Assembly (NCBI GenBank): GCA_007135115.1
Contig: SLJN01000188.1
Coordinates: 46-64,045, forward strand
DNA from: Balneolales bacterium
GTDB taxonomy: Bacteria > Bacteroidota > Rhodothermia > Balneolales > Natronogracilivirgulaceae
Reading direction: 5' to 3'
DNA: 64,000 nt
Shown: piece after piece, positions 40,744 through 52,900 of the stretch
How the letters are laid out: each line of letters begins with the position of its first letter
Position numbering within the stretch: the first letter of the stretch is position 1
The notes under the pieces: generated by a model
What the model was told of the DNA's origin: nothing
Database searches by the model: none
The model's input: the letters and a program-made list of their open reading frames with translations, nothing else
Translations under genes and position numbers: made by a program

Positions 40744-40777
40744 AAAAAGCCGATAGCTGTAAAGACAACTACCGGCT
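40742..40777 (-). terminator. Rho-independent terminator of the azurin gene (may also stop vapBC read-through)
   Basis: On the minus strand, AGCCGGTAG / CTATCGGCT forms a stem with a 12-nt loop, followed by seven T residues (A-run 40742-40748 on the plus strand). Confidence 0.7.
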
Positions 40778-40802
40778 TGATCTATATGGAGTAAAGGAAT
40801 TA

Positions 40803-41261
40803 TCAGTTTACGATAAATTCCCCGCTCATCGGGCCTGGGTGGCCGGGGAATGAGCAGAGGAAGTCATATGTACCGGGAGAAGGAGCTTCGAATTCCACTG
40901 TAGAGGTTTCACCGCCGCCGATCAGATCGGTATATGCAATAATATCATCGTACATATCTTCAGGGATGTACTCATTATCTGCGGCATTCATCGCGGCGGA
41001 TTCAAATGCGCTGTTATCAGTGCCTTCATCCAGAAGAACCCAGTTATGCCCCATATTTTCCACCGGCATCTGACCGGTATGCTCGAGGGTAAGTCGTACC
41101 GTTTGTCCGGCTTCAACTTCGATTTCGTTCATGTTGAACTGCATGTTGTCGTCACCTTCGATGGTAATTTCCACAACATCGCCGTTAGCACCGTTATCGC
41201 CATTGCCGCAGGAAAAGAGGAATAAACTCGCAGCAACTAAAGCCAAAATACTTTTCTTCAT
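40803..41261 (-). CDS. Azurin-type blue copper protein (cupredoxin) lipoprotein
   Basis: Lipobox LFLFSCG. Copper ligands in azurin spacing: GHNWVL ... CSFPGHPGPMSG (His, Cys-x2-...-His-x4-Met). Confidence 0.85.
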   Translation of the reverse strand: MKKSILALVAASLFLFSCGNGDNGANGDVVEITIEGDDNMQFNMNEIEVEAGQTVRLTLEHTGQMPVENMGHNWVLLDEGTDNSAFESAAMNAADNEYIPEDMYDDIIAYTDLIGGGETSTVEFEAPSPGTYDFLCSFPGHPGPMSGEFIVN

Positions 41262-41603
41262 AATAATGGAGAATTGTTTTTAAGTGTAGGTTAATTCATA
41301 GAGAACAAGTCTATGGCAGCCTGATCAATAATATCATGCCATAGGTACGCAAAAGCGTATCATAAACTGAGACACTCAACCAAAAAATGAAGCACGTCGT
41401 TCGTATTGATCAGGCTTAACGTATTGGATCATAAATATAAGAAAGCTTTAATTAAGATACAATACTCTTATATCTGTTTAGGGTTTGAAATCCTACATGA
41501 TCTACTCTGAAGGTAAGGGGAAAGAAAGAGAGTATGAACTTTTAAAAATGTAGTTTTGAAATGAAGGTGGTTTATGGTTTACCACCATTAAATGACTGCA
41601 TTT

Positions 41604-41731
41604 TTAATGATAAATTCGATTCAAAACACATCCACGACCAGCACCCGCTTTTTCCAGGATTCGATCATATCCGTTTCCCAGACGCGGTGCAGGTTCGATT
41701 TTACTCCCAAATAAGTTACGGAATAAGGTAA
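41604..41731 (-). pseudogene. Relic of an S1/P1 nuclease gene (3' part only, internally deleted and frameshifted)
   Basis: One frame reads LPYSVTYLGVKSNLHRVWETDMIESW. A second frame reads LEKAGAGRGCVLNRIYH*. These match VSVTFLGEVTNLHRVWDTDIIESW and LLQAGVRLAGVLNRIYEE* of the intact gene at 57098-57862. A hand nucleotide alignment of 41653-41722 against 57349-57418 gives 56/70 identical. Confidence 0.8.
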
Positions 41732-41794
41732 AACGAGAGGCCTCCGAAAGTCGGAATAGCCGGTTAGAGTTAAAGTAAAAACTCTGATTATTTC

Positions 41795-43702
41795 TTATTC
41801 CACAGGCTGCCGAAGTCGTGCCGAAGGTGGAACTCCGTAATGTTTTTTAAAATTCTTAGAAAAAGTATCCGCATCACGATAGGCACAGGCCTCAGCCAAT
41901 TCGGAAACCCGGGTGAAACCGGACTGTTCAGCCAACTGCCAGGCGTATTCCATCCTAATAGACTGAATGAACTGCTGAGGGGTATGGCCGGTCAATTCCC
42001 TGATATCGCGGTTGAGTTGGCGTTGGCTGGTGTGAAGGGCGTCTGCAAGTTCAGCCGGACCGAAGCCGGGTTCCCGGATGTTATCCATGACATACCGACG
42101 AGCTTGTTCCAAAAAATGTTGGACCTTGGAGTTAACTTCTTCCCGGGCCCGATCATAAGTGACACCGTTCTGTGCAATCCAATTTCGGCGGCGCTCATCG
42201 GCTTCCAACAATCCAGCTACCCGTTTTTTCAGCAATGGTGCGTCAAAAGGTTTGGTCAGGTAGTCGTCAATACCCATCCGTAGCGCCTCCATTTTTGACG
42301 TCCGTTCATCCAGAGCTGTAATAAAGATGATGGGCAGGTGTTGAAATCGCTCCATTGTTTGCAAATCACGAACAAATGTAAATCCATCCATTTCCGGCAT
42401 CATAACATCGGTTATAATCAACCTCGGCGGACGTTTATCAATACGGTCAAACGCCTCTATACCATTGCGGGCGATCTCCACTGTATACCCCTCATCTTCA
42501 AGTAGCTTTTGGAGGTACATGGCCATTTCGGGGTGATCTTCTACGACAAGGACCGGAATAGCCTCACCGTTTCGGGAAGCGTGTGCAGCGATCGGTTCGT
42601 CCGGTGATGAATGGGATACAGGTACATCCGGCGGAGAAATAGCGAGTTTATTGCTTATTTCTTCCGTGGTCATTTGGCTGAGGGGAAGGGCTACGGTAAA
42701 CGTACTGCCTTCCCCAGGTTGACTCTCAACCTTAAGCGAGCCGTTGTGGTAATTTACAATTTCGGAGGCAATGGCCAGACCCATCCCTGTACCTTCATGT
42801 CGGCGCTCATGGCCATTGTCAATCTTATAAAACCGTTTAAAAAGGCATGGGTACAGCTCTTCCGGAATGCCGATACCCGTATCTGCAACTGTAATGTGAA
42901 GTTCATCTTCCATAGCGTGAACATCTATGTCAATGCGGCCTTCGGACTCTGTAAACTTAATAGCATTATCGATCAGGTTAATCAGCACTTGTTCCAATCG
43001 CACCGGATCGGCATCTACTAAAAGCTCTTTATCGGGACCGTTTACTTCAATCGAAAGCTCATGTTCATCCACTTTGCTACGGAAAGCCTCCACAATCCTG
43101 TGGACGGATGCTGTAGCATTAACCGGTTCCGGCGAGATCTGCAGTTCACCGAATTCAAGTCTGGCCAAGTCCAGGAGCTGCCGGACCATTTTGTCAAGGT
43201 GTTGAACATTATGGGTTATGCGATTGAACTCCTGACGGATTTTTGGATTTTTGCGGAGTTGTTCCTGTGACTGCAAATCCGATAGCGGACCGGAAATGAG
43301 TGCAAGTGGCGTTTTCAACTCGTGACTGATATGGGCAAAAAACCGGGATTTGGCTTCATCAAGTTCTTTAAGCACCTCAGATTCTTGCGCGGTTTGCTCT
43401 TTCAGTTCGGCCAACTCGCGGTTGCGTTGAGCAACTTCTGCTTCTAACTCTGCCTCGCGTCGCCGGATCTTACGCATTAGTTGGTACACAAGGCCGGTTA
43501 CACCCGTCAACCCCAGGATTATATAACTCAGATAGGCCAGTGAATGCCGGTACCAGGGCGCTGCCTGTTGATCGTATTGATATACCATCTCGTCAACGAA
43601 AATGACTCGCAGGAAATCTGCTGTCGCAGATATCTCCGCCCCGCCGTAATCTACCAATAAATAACCTACGATAAGGAGTGAAGCCCCTGAGTGGTGATGC
43701 AT
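41795..43702 (-). CDS. Hybrid two-component system protein (HisKA + HATPase + REC + AraC-type HTH) lacking the usual periplasmic sensor
   Basis: H-box FFAHISHELKTPL, N/G boxes (LINLIDNAIKFT, DTGIGIP, GTGMGLAI), a receiver domain (VLVVEDHPEM...ITDVMMPEMDG...KP) and a C-terminal AraC HTH. Only about 55 residues precede the TM helix (APWYRHSLAYLSYIILGLTGV). Confidence 0.85.
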   Translation of the reverse strand: MHHHSGASLLIVGYLLVDYGGAEISATADFLRVIFVDEMVYQYDQQAAPWYRHSLAYLSYIILGLTGVTGLVYQLMRKIRRREAELEAEVAQRNRELAELKEQTAQESEVLKELDEAKSRFFAHISHELKTPLALISGPLSDLQSQEQLRKNPKIRQEFNRITHNVQHLDKMVRQLLDLARLEFGELQISPEPVNATASVHRIVEAFRSKVDEHELSIEVNGPDKELLVDADPVRLEQVLINLIDNAIKFTESEGRIDIDVHAMEDELHITVADTGIGIPEELYPCLFKRFYKIDNGHERRHEGTGMGLAIASEIVNYHNGSLKVESQPGEGSTFTVALPLSQMTTEEISNKLAISPPDVPVSHSSPDEPIAAHASRNGEAIPVLVVEDHPEMAMYLQKLLEDEGYTVEIARNGIEAFDRIDKRPPRLIITDVMMPEMDGFTFVRDLQTMERFQHLPIIFITALDERTSKMEALRMGIDDYLTKPFDAPLLKKRVAGLLEADERRRNWIAQNGVTYDRAREEVNSKVQHFLEQARRYVMDNIREPGFGPAELADALHTSQRQLNRDIRELTGHTPQQFIQSIRMEYAWQLAEQSGFTRVSELAEACAYRDADTFSKNFKKHYGVPPSARLRQPVE

Positions 43703-43905
43703 ATCATATATTTGATAAATCTGACATAGTATAAAGAAAAATAAGTAATTGTTGATCTCAAATACAACAGCAACAAGCTTTTACAGGAAGGATCAGGAAA
43801 TTCCCGTTCGCACTGCGGCGAATTTACCCCGTAATTTTGGCGAGTATAAACGGATGATCATAGGTATGTTTACATCGCTCAGATTAGTAACAAAATTTGA
43901 TATGG

Positions 43906-46900
43906 ATGAAGTGTAACAATACGTCCTTGGATTTAAGTATATCATTATCTCTGTTATCATTAAGAAAAGTACTGGTAATTCCTGTGCTTTTGATCTTTAT
44001 GACGGTTACCCCGCATGCCGTAGCTATGGCTCAGACGGAGATCCAAGATTGGCATGACCTGGACGAGGTGCGTGATGATCTTAATGGGGAGTACGTTCTT
44101 GTGAACGACCTCGATTCGGAGACGGCGGGCTATACAGACGTAGTTGACGACTCGAGCGAAGGCTTTGACCCAATTGCAGACTTCGGAGGTGAGTTCGACG
44201 GAGAGAATAACATTATCGAGGACCTCCACATCGACCGGCCGGACGAGGTGCGTGTCGGGCTGTTCGCCTCCACTGAACAGGACGCCCAGATTCGGGACCT
44301 CGAGTTGAAGAACGTGGACGTGGAGGGCGAAGAAAGGGTGGGCGGTCTCGTCGGGGAGAACCGTGGCGATGTGAGCGAGTCGTACTCGACAGGCGTCGTG
44401 GAGGGCGACGCAAGAGTGGGCGGCCTCGTGGGGGAGAACCGTGGCGATATGAGCGAGTCGTACTCGACAGGCGTCGTGGAGGGCGACGGTAGAGTCTTGG
44501 AGGGCGACGGTAGAGTGGGCGGCCTCGTCGGGGAGAACCGTGGCGAGGTGAGCGAGTCGTACGCGACGGGCAACGTGGAAGGCGAGCTCGTGGGCGGCCT
44601 CGTCGGGCTCAACAATGGCGAGGTGAGCGAGTCATATGCGACGGGCAACGTGGAGGGCGAGAGCGAGAGTGGCGGCGGCCTCGTCGGGCTCAATATTGCC
44701 GATGTGACCGAGTCGTACGCGACGGGCAGCGTCTCAGGCGAGGAATACGTGGGCGGCCTCGTCGGGGAGAACCGTGGCGATTTGAGCGAGTCGTATGCGA
44801 TGGGCAACGTGGAGGGCGAGAGCGAGAGCGGCGGTCTCGTCGGGTACAACCGTGGCGATGTGAGCGAGTCGTATGCGACGGGCAACGTGGAAGGCGACGA
44901 ATACGTGGGCGGCCTCGTCGGGTGGTCCAATGACGATGTGAGCGAATCGTACGCGACGGGCAACGTGGAGGGCAAAGAAAGAGTGGGCGGCCTCGTCGGG
45001 GAGAGCTATGGCGATGTGAGCGACTCCTACTGGGACGACGAAGCGGCAACCATCACCGAAGACGGCGAAGAACAGGACGGACAGAGCGACGGCGGTGAGC
45101 CGCTGACGACTGCCGAGATGACCGGCGACGACGCCGAGGACAATATGTTTGAGGACTTCGGGGACACGTGGGACACCGTCGAGGGAGATCCGACGGATGG
45201 CTTCTCCGTCTTCTATCCGGTTTTACAGGAGAACACGCAGGACGCACCAGCGGCTCAGACCCTGTACGCAGACGGCGACGGCGATATTGATCCCTACGAA
45301 ATTGAAGACTGGTACCAGCTCGATAACGTGCGCGAAAACCCCGAATCAGATTTCGTGTTGACAGAGGACCTTGATTCAGAGCCGGTGGGGTATGCAGACG
45401 TAGTTGACGACCCGAGCGAAGGCTTTGACCCAATCGCAGACTTCGACGGTGAGTTCGACGGAGAGAACAACACTATCGAGGACTTGCACATCGACCGGCC
45501 GGAAGAAGACCAAGTCGGGCTGTTCGCCACCACTGAGGAGAACGCGGAGATTCAGGGTGTCTACTTGGAGAACGTAGACGTGACCGGCGGCGGTGAAGGT
45601 TCTGAAAGTGGTGTTGGGAGTCTCGTCGGGCTCAACGATGGTGAGGTGAGCGAGTCGTATGCGACCGGCGACGTCGATGGCGACGAAGCTGTTGGCGGCC
45701 TCGTCGGGTGGAATGACGCTGGAACCATCACAGAGGCGTTCGCCGATGGTAATGTTAATGGTGATCTTTACGTGGGCGGTCTCGCCGGGGCGAACGTTAA
45801 TGGCTCTATCTCAGAGTCGTACGCCACCGGAGATGTTGACGGTGGCGACGGGGTGGGCGGCCTTGTAGGAAACAACATAGACCGTGAAGTAATTGAGTCG
45901 TACGCGACCGGGGATGTCTCGGGTGACGAAAGAGTAGGCGGGCTCGTCGGGGCAAACACTGCTGATGTGATCGATTCCTACTGGGACGACGAAGCGGCAA
46001 CCGTCACTGTGGACGACAACGAGCAAGATGACCAGGGTGTTGGCGACGGTGATGACTCCGGTGTAACTGGCTTCACTACAGACGAGATGACCAGCCTGAA
46101 CGCCACCGAGTACATGGTTGGCTTCGAGTTCCCAGACGGCGACGGAACCTGGCACGCCAACGCAGACTATCCCGCACTCTCATGGGAAGAGACCGACGAG
46201 TTTTACGGCGTGAACGTCACTGACACAAACTCCCCGGTCCAGGAGGGTAACACCCTCGAAGTGACCGTGGATGTGACCAACTTGGGCGCTGATGGTGATG
46301 TCCAGCAGATCGAATTAGTCGACACTGATTTCGAGGACGAACTGCGAGCCAGTGAGGGCGTCATCCTCGACAGTGGCGAAAATCAAGAACTCACTCTGGA
46401 GTGGCAGACCGAAATAAGCAACGCCGGAACCGGCGACGTCACCGTTGCCAGCGAAAACGACAGCGACATTGAAGAAGTCACCGTCGAAGCTGGTGTTGAG
46501 GCAGTGACAGCGAGCATCGACGGCGAGGCGGACCCGACGGTCGACGTCGGAAAGGCCGTTGAGGTTATTATCAGTGTGACAGACTCAGAAGACCGCCCCA
46601 TTGAAGATGAGGAAGTTTCCATCGAAAACATCGATAAAGGTGGCGATGAAATCACAATTGACGGTCTCTCGGAGGGTGATACCAGGACGAGCGACTCTGA
46701 TGGTGAAGCCGGTTTCGGGGGGATCACGTTTTCCGGAGCCATAGGCGGTACCGCCATGGTGAACTTCAGTGCCGAAGACGGCACCGAAGAAGAGCTGACC
46801 GTGACGGTTGGCGGCTTTGCCGGTGGCGACGGGTCGGAGGAAACACCCTACGAAATCACCGATTGGTACCACCTCGATAACGTGCGTGAGCACCTGGATG

Positions 46901-49900
46901 CGAATTTTGTGCTTTCAGCCGACCTGGATGAGCAGACCGAAGGCTACGGCGGTGATGGTGAGGACGGCGTTGTCCTCGATGCCGACGGCGAACTCAGAGA
47001 CGGAGGAAATCCGGAAGGAGATAATGCGGACGGGTTCGAACCGATTGGCAACGATGATGACGAGTTTACCGGCACCTTCGATGGGGATGACCGTACGATT
47101 ACGGGACTGCAAATTGACGGTGATTACGTGGATGATCACGGTGTTGGTCTCTTTGGCAACACCGAGGGGTCGTACATCGAACACCTGTCGCTCGAAGATG
47201 TGGAAATCAAGAGTATCAGGTCGGATCCAGATCACTATTGGAGAGGTGAATTTGCTGGTGGTCTGGCCGGCAGGCACGACGGGACTGTCGAGGGCGTCTC
47301 GGTCACCGGAACCGTCAGCGGGTACGAATATGTGGGCGGCGTCGTCGGAGTAAACGGAGGGGAGTTAGCAAACGATGAGCCACAGGGAGCGATCTATAAC
47401 TCCTCGGCCGACGTAACGGTCATCGCCGACACTAAAGCCGATGTCGAGGACCATGGGTTCCGAATTGGAGGGCTTGCCGGCCGCAGCGGTGAGGGAAGCG
47501 AGGTGCACAACTCCTCGGCAACCGGTGACGTAATCGGGGATGAGATGAAGGAAGGCATTGTTTGGGCGGGCGGTCTCATTGGAGAGGACTTTGGCAATTT
47601 GACGGAGTCGTATGCCATCGGAAATGTTACAGGAGGACGGAGCAGGGTGGGAGGACTTGTTGGCGAGAGTGATGGCGAGATGGTGTTGGATTCCTACGCC
47701 ACCGGTGACGTCACCGGCGAAGAACAAGTGGGAGGTCTCATTGGAAGCAATGAGGCTGAGCTGGTGAAGAACTCCTATGCTACCGGCGACGTCACCGGCG
47801 AGGACAGAGTGGGAGGTCTCAACGGCAGAGACAACGGTGACATCGTGGAGAACTCCTCTGCCACCGGTACTGTCAGTGGTGAATCCAGAGTGGGAGGACT
47901 CCTTGGACAGGGTCGCGCTGACGTGGTGAGTAACTCCTTCTCCACCGGAGACGTCACCGGCGACGAAGAAGTGGGAGGACTCGTGGGCCAAAATGATGCT
48001 GACGTAGTGAAGAATTCCTACGCTACCGGCGACATCACCGGCGAAGACAATGTAGGAGGACTCATCGGCGACCATCGTTTTGGAGAAGATATAGAGATGT
48101 CCTACGCCACCGGCGACGTCACCGGCGAGTCTACGGTGGGCGGTCTCATCGGGATCCTCGGTTCTTCTGATTTTAGTTCGTCGTATCTGGAAACCTCCTA
48201 CGCCACCGGTAACGTCACCGGCGATGAACGAGTGGGCGGCCTCGTCGGGGAGAGCGAAGAGAATAGCGATGTTGCCGATTCCTATTGGGATCGCGGTACG
48301 ACCAACCAGGCGGATGCGATCGGTAAGGATGACGGCACTACCTCGGGACTTGTGGGCTTCGGCGATACCGACGACACTGAACCTGCCGACGAGATGCAGC
48401 GCTTCGCCCCCTTGGTGAACATGAGCACTTTTGATTATGACGACACCTGGACTCTCTCCATCGGCTATCCCCGACTAAACTGGGAGGAAGAAGATGAAAT
48501 CACCCTGGACAAAGTAGTTGCAGACGATCAATCTGCTGAAGCCGGGGAAGAAACTTCGGTTACCGTCACTGCAAAGGTGGACGGCTCCGGAGCCGGAGAG
48601 GCGGTTACCGTTGAGGTCGTAGATGACGGTGGATTGGATGAGCTGACCGAAGGCGATACCAAAGTCACCGATTCCGACAGCGAGGTGGTATTTAGCTTTA
48701 CCGAAGAAACAGCGGATGAGTACACACCGGAATTTGCCTGGGAGGATGATCATGATGCAAATGATGCCTCCGGGGTAACCATCAACTCTGCCGGGCCTGA
48801 TGAGCTTACTATTGCCCCCGAAAAGGGTACAACTACCGTCTCGGATGATTTTGAGGATGACAATCACATCACCTTTACCGTAACGATAGTTGACGAATGG
48901 GATAACCATGTTCCGGAGATTGATGTTGAATTGTCCGATGATGGTGAATCGATTGAAATCAAGGATGATCTAACCACGGCAACCGGCGAAGATGGTGAGG
49001 CTGAATTTACCATTCAGTCCACCAGGCAACAGGAGGTTGTTGAATTCACATTTACCGAGCAGGAATCCGGCAATGAACTTGAGGTTTCAGCTGAAGCCAC
49101 TTTTGAGTTTGGAGAACCCGATGAACTTGTGTTTGTGGATCAACCCGAAGATCACATCTATGGTGAATCCACCACAACTGAAGACGGCGATCCGGTAACA
49201 GTGGAAGTTCTGGATACCTTTGGTAACATCGTTGAAGATGCAGGGGATGAGGTATCCCTCACGGTAGGGACGGGCAACGGCAGCCTTTCTGAAACCGTCA
49301 CGGCTGATGCCGACGAAGGAGTGGCTTCATTTGATGATATTACGGTAACAGCAGCAACAGAGCACACGCTTAAAGCGGAAGCTGACCATATTGACGAAAG
49401 TGAATCTGACACCTTTACTATAACTCCGGCTGCACTGACAATAACCGCCTCGGATAGCTCCGGGACATACGGAGAAGAAATTGACTTTAACGGAGATGAA
49501 TTTTCTGCAAGCGGATTGGTACTCGACGACGAAATTGACGAGGTCAATCTGACCAGCGAAGGTGCTCCGGAGTCAGCCGAAGTCGGCAGTTATGATATTG
49601 AAATCTCCGATGCTACCGGCGCGGATTTTGATGCCGAAAACTACGACATCACGTATGAAGACGGGGAATTGGAAGTCACCCCGGCAGAACTGACGGTAAC
49701 GGCTGAAGAACAGGAAAAGAATTTCGGAGAAGAGCTGATGTTTACCGGCGATGAATTCGAAGCCGATGGACTTCAGGCCGATGACCAAATTGATGAAACA
49801 GAATTGACCAGCGAAGGTACTCCGGAATCAGCCGAAGTCGGTAGCTATGCTATTGAAATCTCCGATGCCACCGGCGCGGATTTTGATGCCGACAACTACG

Positions 49901-52900
49901 ACATCACGTATGAAGACGGCGAGCTGGAAGTCAATCCGGCTGATCTGACGATAACTGCCAATGACCGGGACAAAACCTACGGAGAAGAGCTGACGTTTAG
50001 CGGCGATGAATTCGAAGCCGAGGGACTTCAAGCCGATGATGTAATCGACCAGGTTGAGTTGATCAGCGATGGTGCTCCGGAATCAGCCGAAGTCGGCATC
50101 TATGCCATTGAAATCTCCGAAGCCACCGGGGCGGGTTTTGATGCCGGCAACTACAACATCACGTATGAAGACGGCGAACTGGAAGTCAATCCGGCTGATC
50201 TGACGCTCACCGCCAATGACCAGGACAAAACCTACGGAGAAGAGCTGACGTTTAGCGGCGATGAATTCGAAGCCGAGGGACTTCAAGCCGATGATGAAAT
50301 CGACCAGGTTGAATTGACCAGCGATGGAGCTCCGGAATCAGTCGAAGTCGGCACCTATGCCATTGAAATCTCCGAGGCCACCGGACCAGATTTTTATGTA
50401 GACAACTACGACATCACCTATGAAGACGGTGAGCTGACGATTGAAGAAGCAGTACTAACGATCGCCGGCCGCGACGATGTCGAACAAACCTACGAAGGCA
50501 CCGAGTGGCAGGTCACCGCCTATGATGTCATCTTCGACGGATTTGCTGATGGCCAGGACGAATCGGATTTGACCGGTGAACTGGCCTACAGCCTGGAAGA
50601 AGCCGGTGAGGCTGTCAATGCCGGCGAATATACCTTTACTCCGGAAGGACTGAGTTCGGATAATTATGACATTGTCTATGAATCCGGTGAACTTGAGATA
50701 ATCCCTGCCGATCTGATGATTACTGCCGATGATCAAAAAAAGACCTACGTTCAGGCCATAGATTTTGACGGCGATGAATTCGAAGCCGATGGACTTCAAG
50801 CCGATGATGAAATTGATCAGGTTGATTTGACCAGCGATGGAGCTCCGGAGACGGCTGAAGTCGGCACCTATGCTATTAAAATCTCCGATGCCACCGGCGC
50901 GGATTTTGATGCCGACAACTACGACATCACCTACCAGGACGGAGAGCTTACCGTCGAAGAAGCGGTACTGACGATCACAGGCCGCGACGATATTGAACAC
51001 ACTTATGACGGCACCGAGTGGGCAATCACCACAGATGATGTCAGCTTCGACGGATTTGAAGAGGGCGAAGACCCGTCCGATCTGACCGGAGAACTGGACT
51101 ACAGTCTGGAAGAAGCCGATGAGGCCGTAGGTGCCGGTGAATACACCTTCACCCCGGAAGGGTTAAGCTCGGATAATTACGACATCGAATACGAATCCGG
51201 CGAGCTGGAAATAACCTCGGCGCAGCTGACGGTCACTGCCGATGATCAAGACAAAACCTATGGAGAAGAGCTGACGTTTGCCGGGGATGAATTTGAAGCC
51301 GAAGGCCTCCAGGCCGGCGACGAGATCGACCAGGTCAACCTGACCAGCGATGGTGCCGAAGAGACCGCCGAAGTAGGCACTTATGATGTTCAAATCTCCG
51401 ATGCGACCGAAGCGGATTTTGATGCCGACAACTACGACATCACCTATGAAGCCGGGTTAATCGAAGTCAAGCCGGCAGAACTGATCGTAACGGTTGAAGA
51501 TCAGGAAACCACTTTTGATGGCAATCCCTGGGAGAGTGATAAATCCCACCTTTCAATATCAGGACTGGTGTTGGATGAGTCGCCAGAAGAGGCTATCGAT
51601 GAAGTTGAGTTTGATGGCGATGCCGAAGGAGCTGAAGAACCCGGAGATTATACTATCAACCCTGTGAGTCTCGATGCCGCCAATTACGAGGTAACAGAGT
51701 TCAACGAGGGGCAGTTGACGATTCATCCGCAAGCCGAAATCGAGCAGATTGAATTGGTTCACGATACGCCTTCAAACCGGGACGAGGTGGCATTTGAAAT
51801 CAGCTTCAGCACTGAGGTTACTTTTGCCGATGAGCAGGCATTGATGGTAGATACCACAGGTGATATTGACGGGGTCGGTATAACGGAGGTCTCACCCGGA
51901 CTTGAAGAGGAGTTGACAGACAGCTACACCATTACCATTGAAACCGGCGAAAATGACGGAACTATTGCACTGGAAGTAGAAAAATCTGCATTCGCGGATG
52001 AACGCGGTAATCCATTGGATGAGGCGCAGACCAGTGAGACTTATCAGATAGATAAAACCGAACCGGTTGCTGATATCACGACCGACCATAACTCACCGAC
52101 CAATGTATCGCCGCTTGAGTTTGAAATTTTCTTTGAAGATGCGATGGAAGGTATTGAGGACTTTGTAATGGACGATCTGAGTCTGTCGGGCGTGGATGAA
52201 GAGGCTGATGAAACCTCGTTGAGCGGCTCAGAAAGTGAATTTAATCTCACGGTTGTACCTGCTTCGGATGAAACGGAAGTTGAAGTTCTGCTTGAAGAAG
52301 GGGCTGTTTCTGATGCGGCCGGTAACGCACTTTCTGAAACTGCGCAGTCAACACTTGAATATGATGCTACACCGCCTGAAATAACCTCTATAAAAGGATT
52401 CGATGCTGATAGCCGAGAAGAGCTTGAAGATCCGTTCAACCAGCAAGAATTTGATGTGGACATCACCTTTGATGAAAAGGTTCAAGATGTTGACACCGGC
52501 AGGATTGAAGTAGAAGGAGCTGAACTGGTAGAAACTGAAATCGATGAAGATGTGCTTTCACTGTCAATGCGCATTCCCGAAGAAGAGCATCAAAGCCGGC
52601 TTGAAATAGTAATTGAACCACAGGACGGTATGGCTGAAGACCAGGCAGGCAATAGTTATGAGGCCGACGATGATCAAGCCGTGTTTACCTATGACGGACC
52701 TCCGGAAGTTGTGGATCTGCTATCGCCGGAAGATGATGCCTTAGACAAGGATCTTCGTCCTGAATTTAGTTGGGACAGTGTGAACCGTGCAACGGGCTAT
52801 CAGCTTCAAATTGCCACCGATGAAAGTTTTGCTGATGATGATCTGATCAAAGATGCCGATGACATCACTGAAACCAGCTTTCGACCGGATGATGAGCTGG

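Noticed and set aside
43703-43905. Remnant of the missing HTCS sensor (a frame reading IIRLYSPKLRGKFAAVRTGIS, vaguely like the NL.PG.Y.F.V motif of Y_Y_Y domains)
   Set aside because: The match is a few residues long, requires an indel and is bounded by stops. It is not distinguishable from chance by eye.
44130-44975. 281-aa antisense ORF (PSTLPVAYDSLTS... repeats), plus other long minus-strand ORFs inside the giant gene (44690-45049, 45053-45433, 46383-46784, 47365-48075, 48475-48909, 50455-51000, 52044-52466)
   Set aside because: They lie entirely inside the uninterrupted 11.3-kb plus-strand ORF. They are periodic only because they mirror the GC-rich coding repeats. They have low-complexity P/S/T/R composition and no start or RBS context.
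44335-51723. Regularly spaced repeats that might suggest a CRISPR array
   Set aside because: The repeats are in frame within one ORF. The units (60-80 nt and 255-258 nt) are contiguous, with no unique spacers. They encode recognisable GLUG and MBG protein motifs. No cas genes are present.
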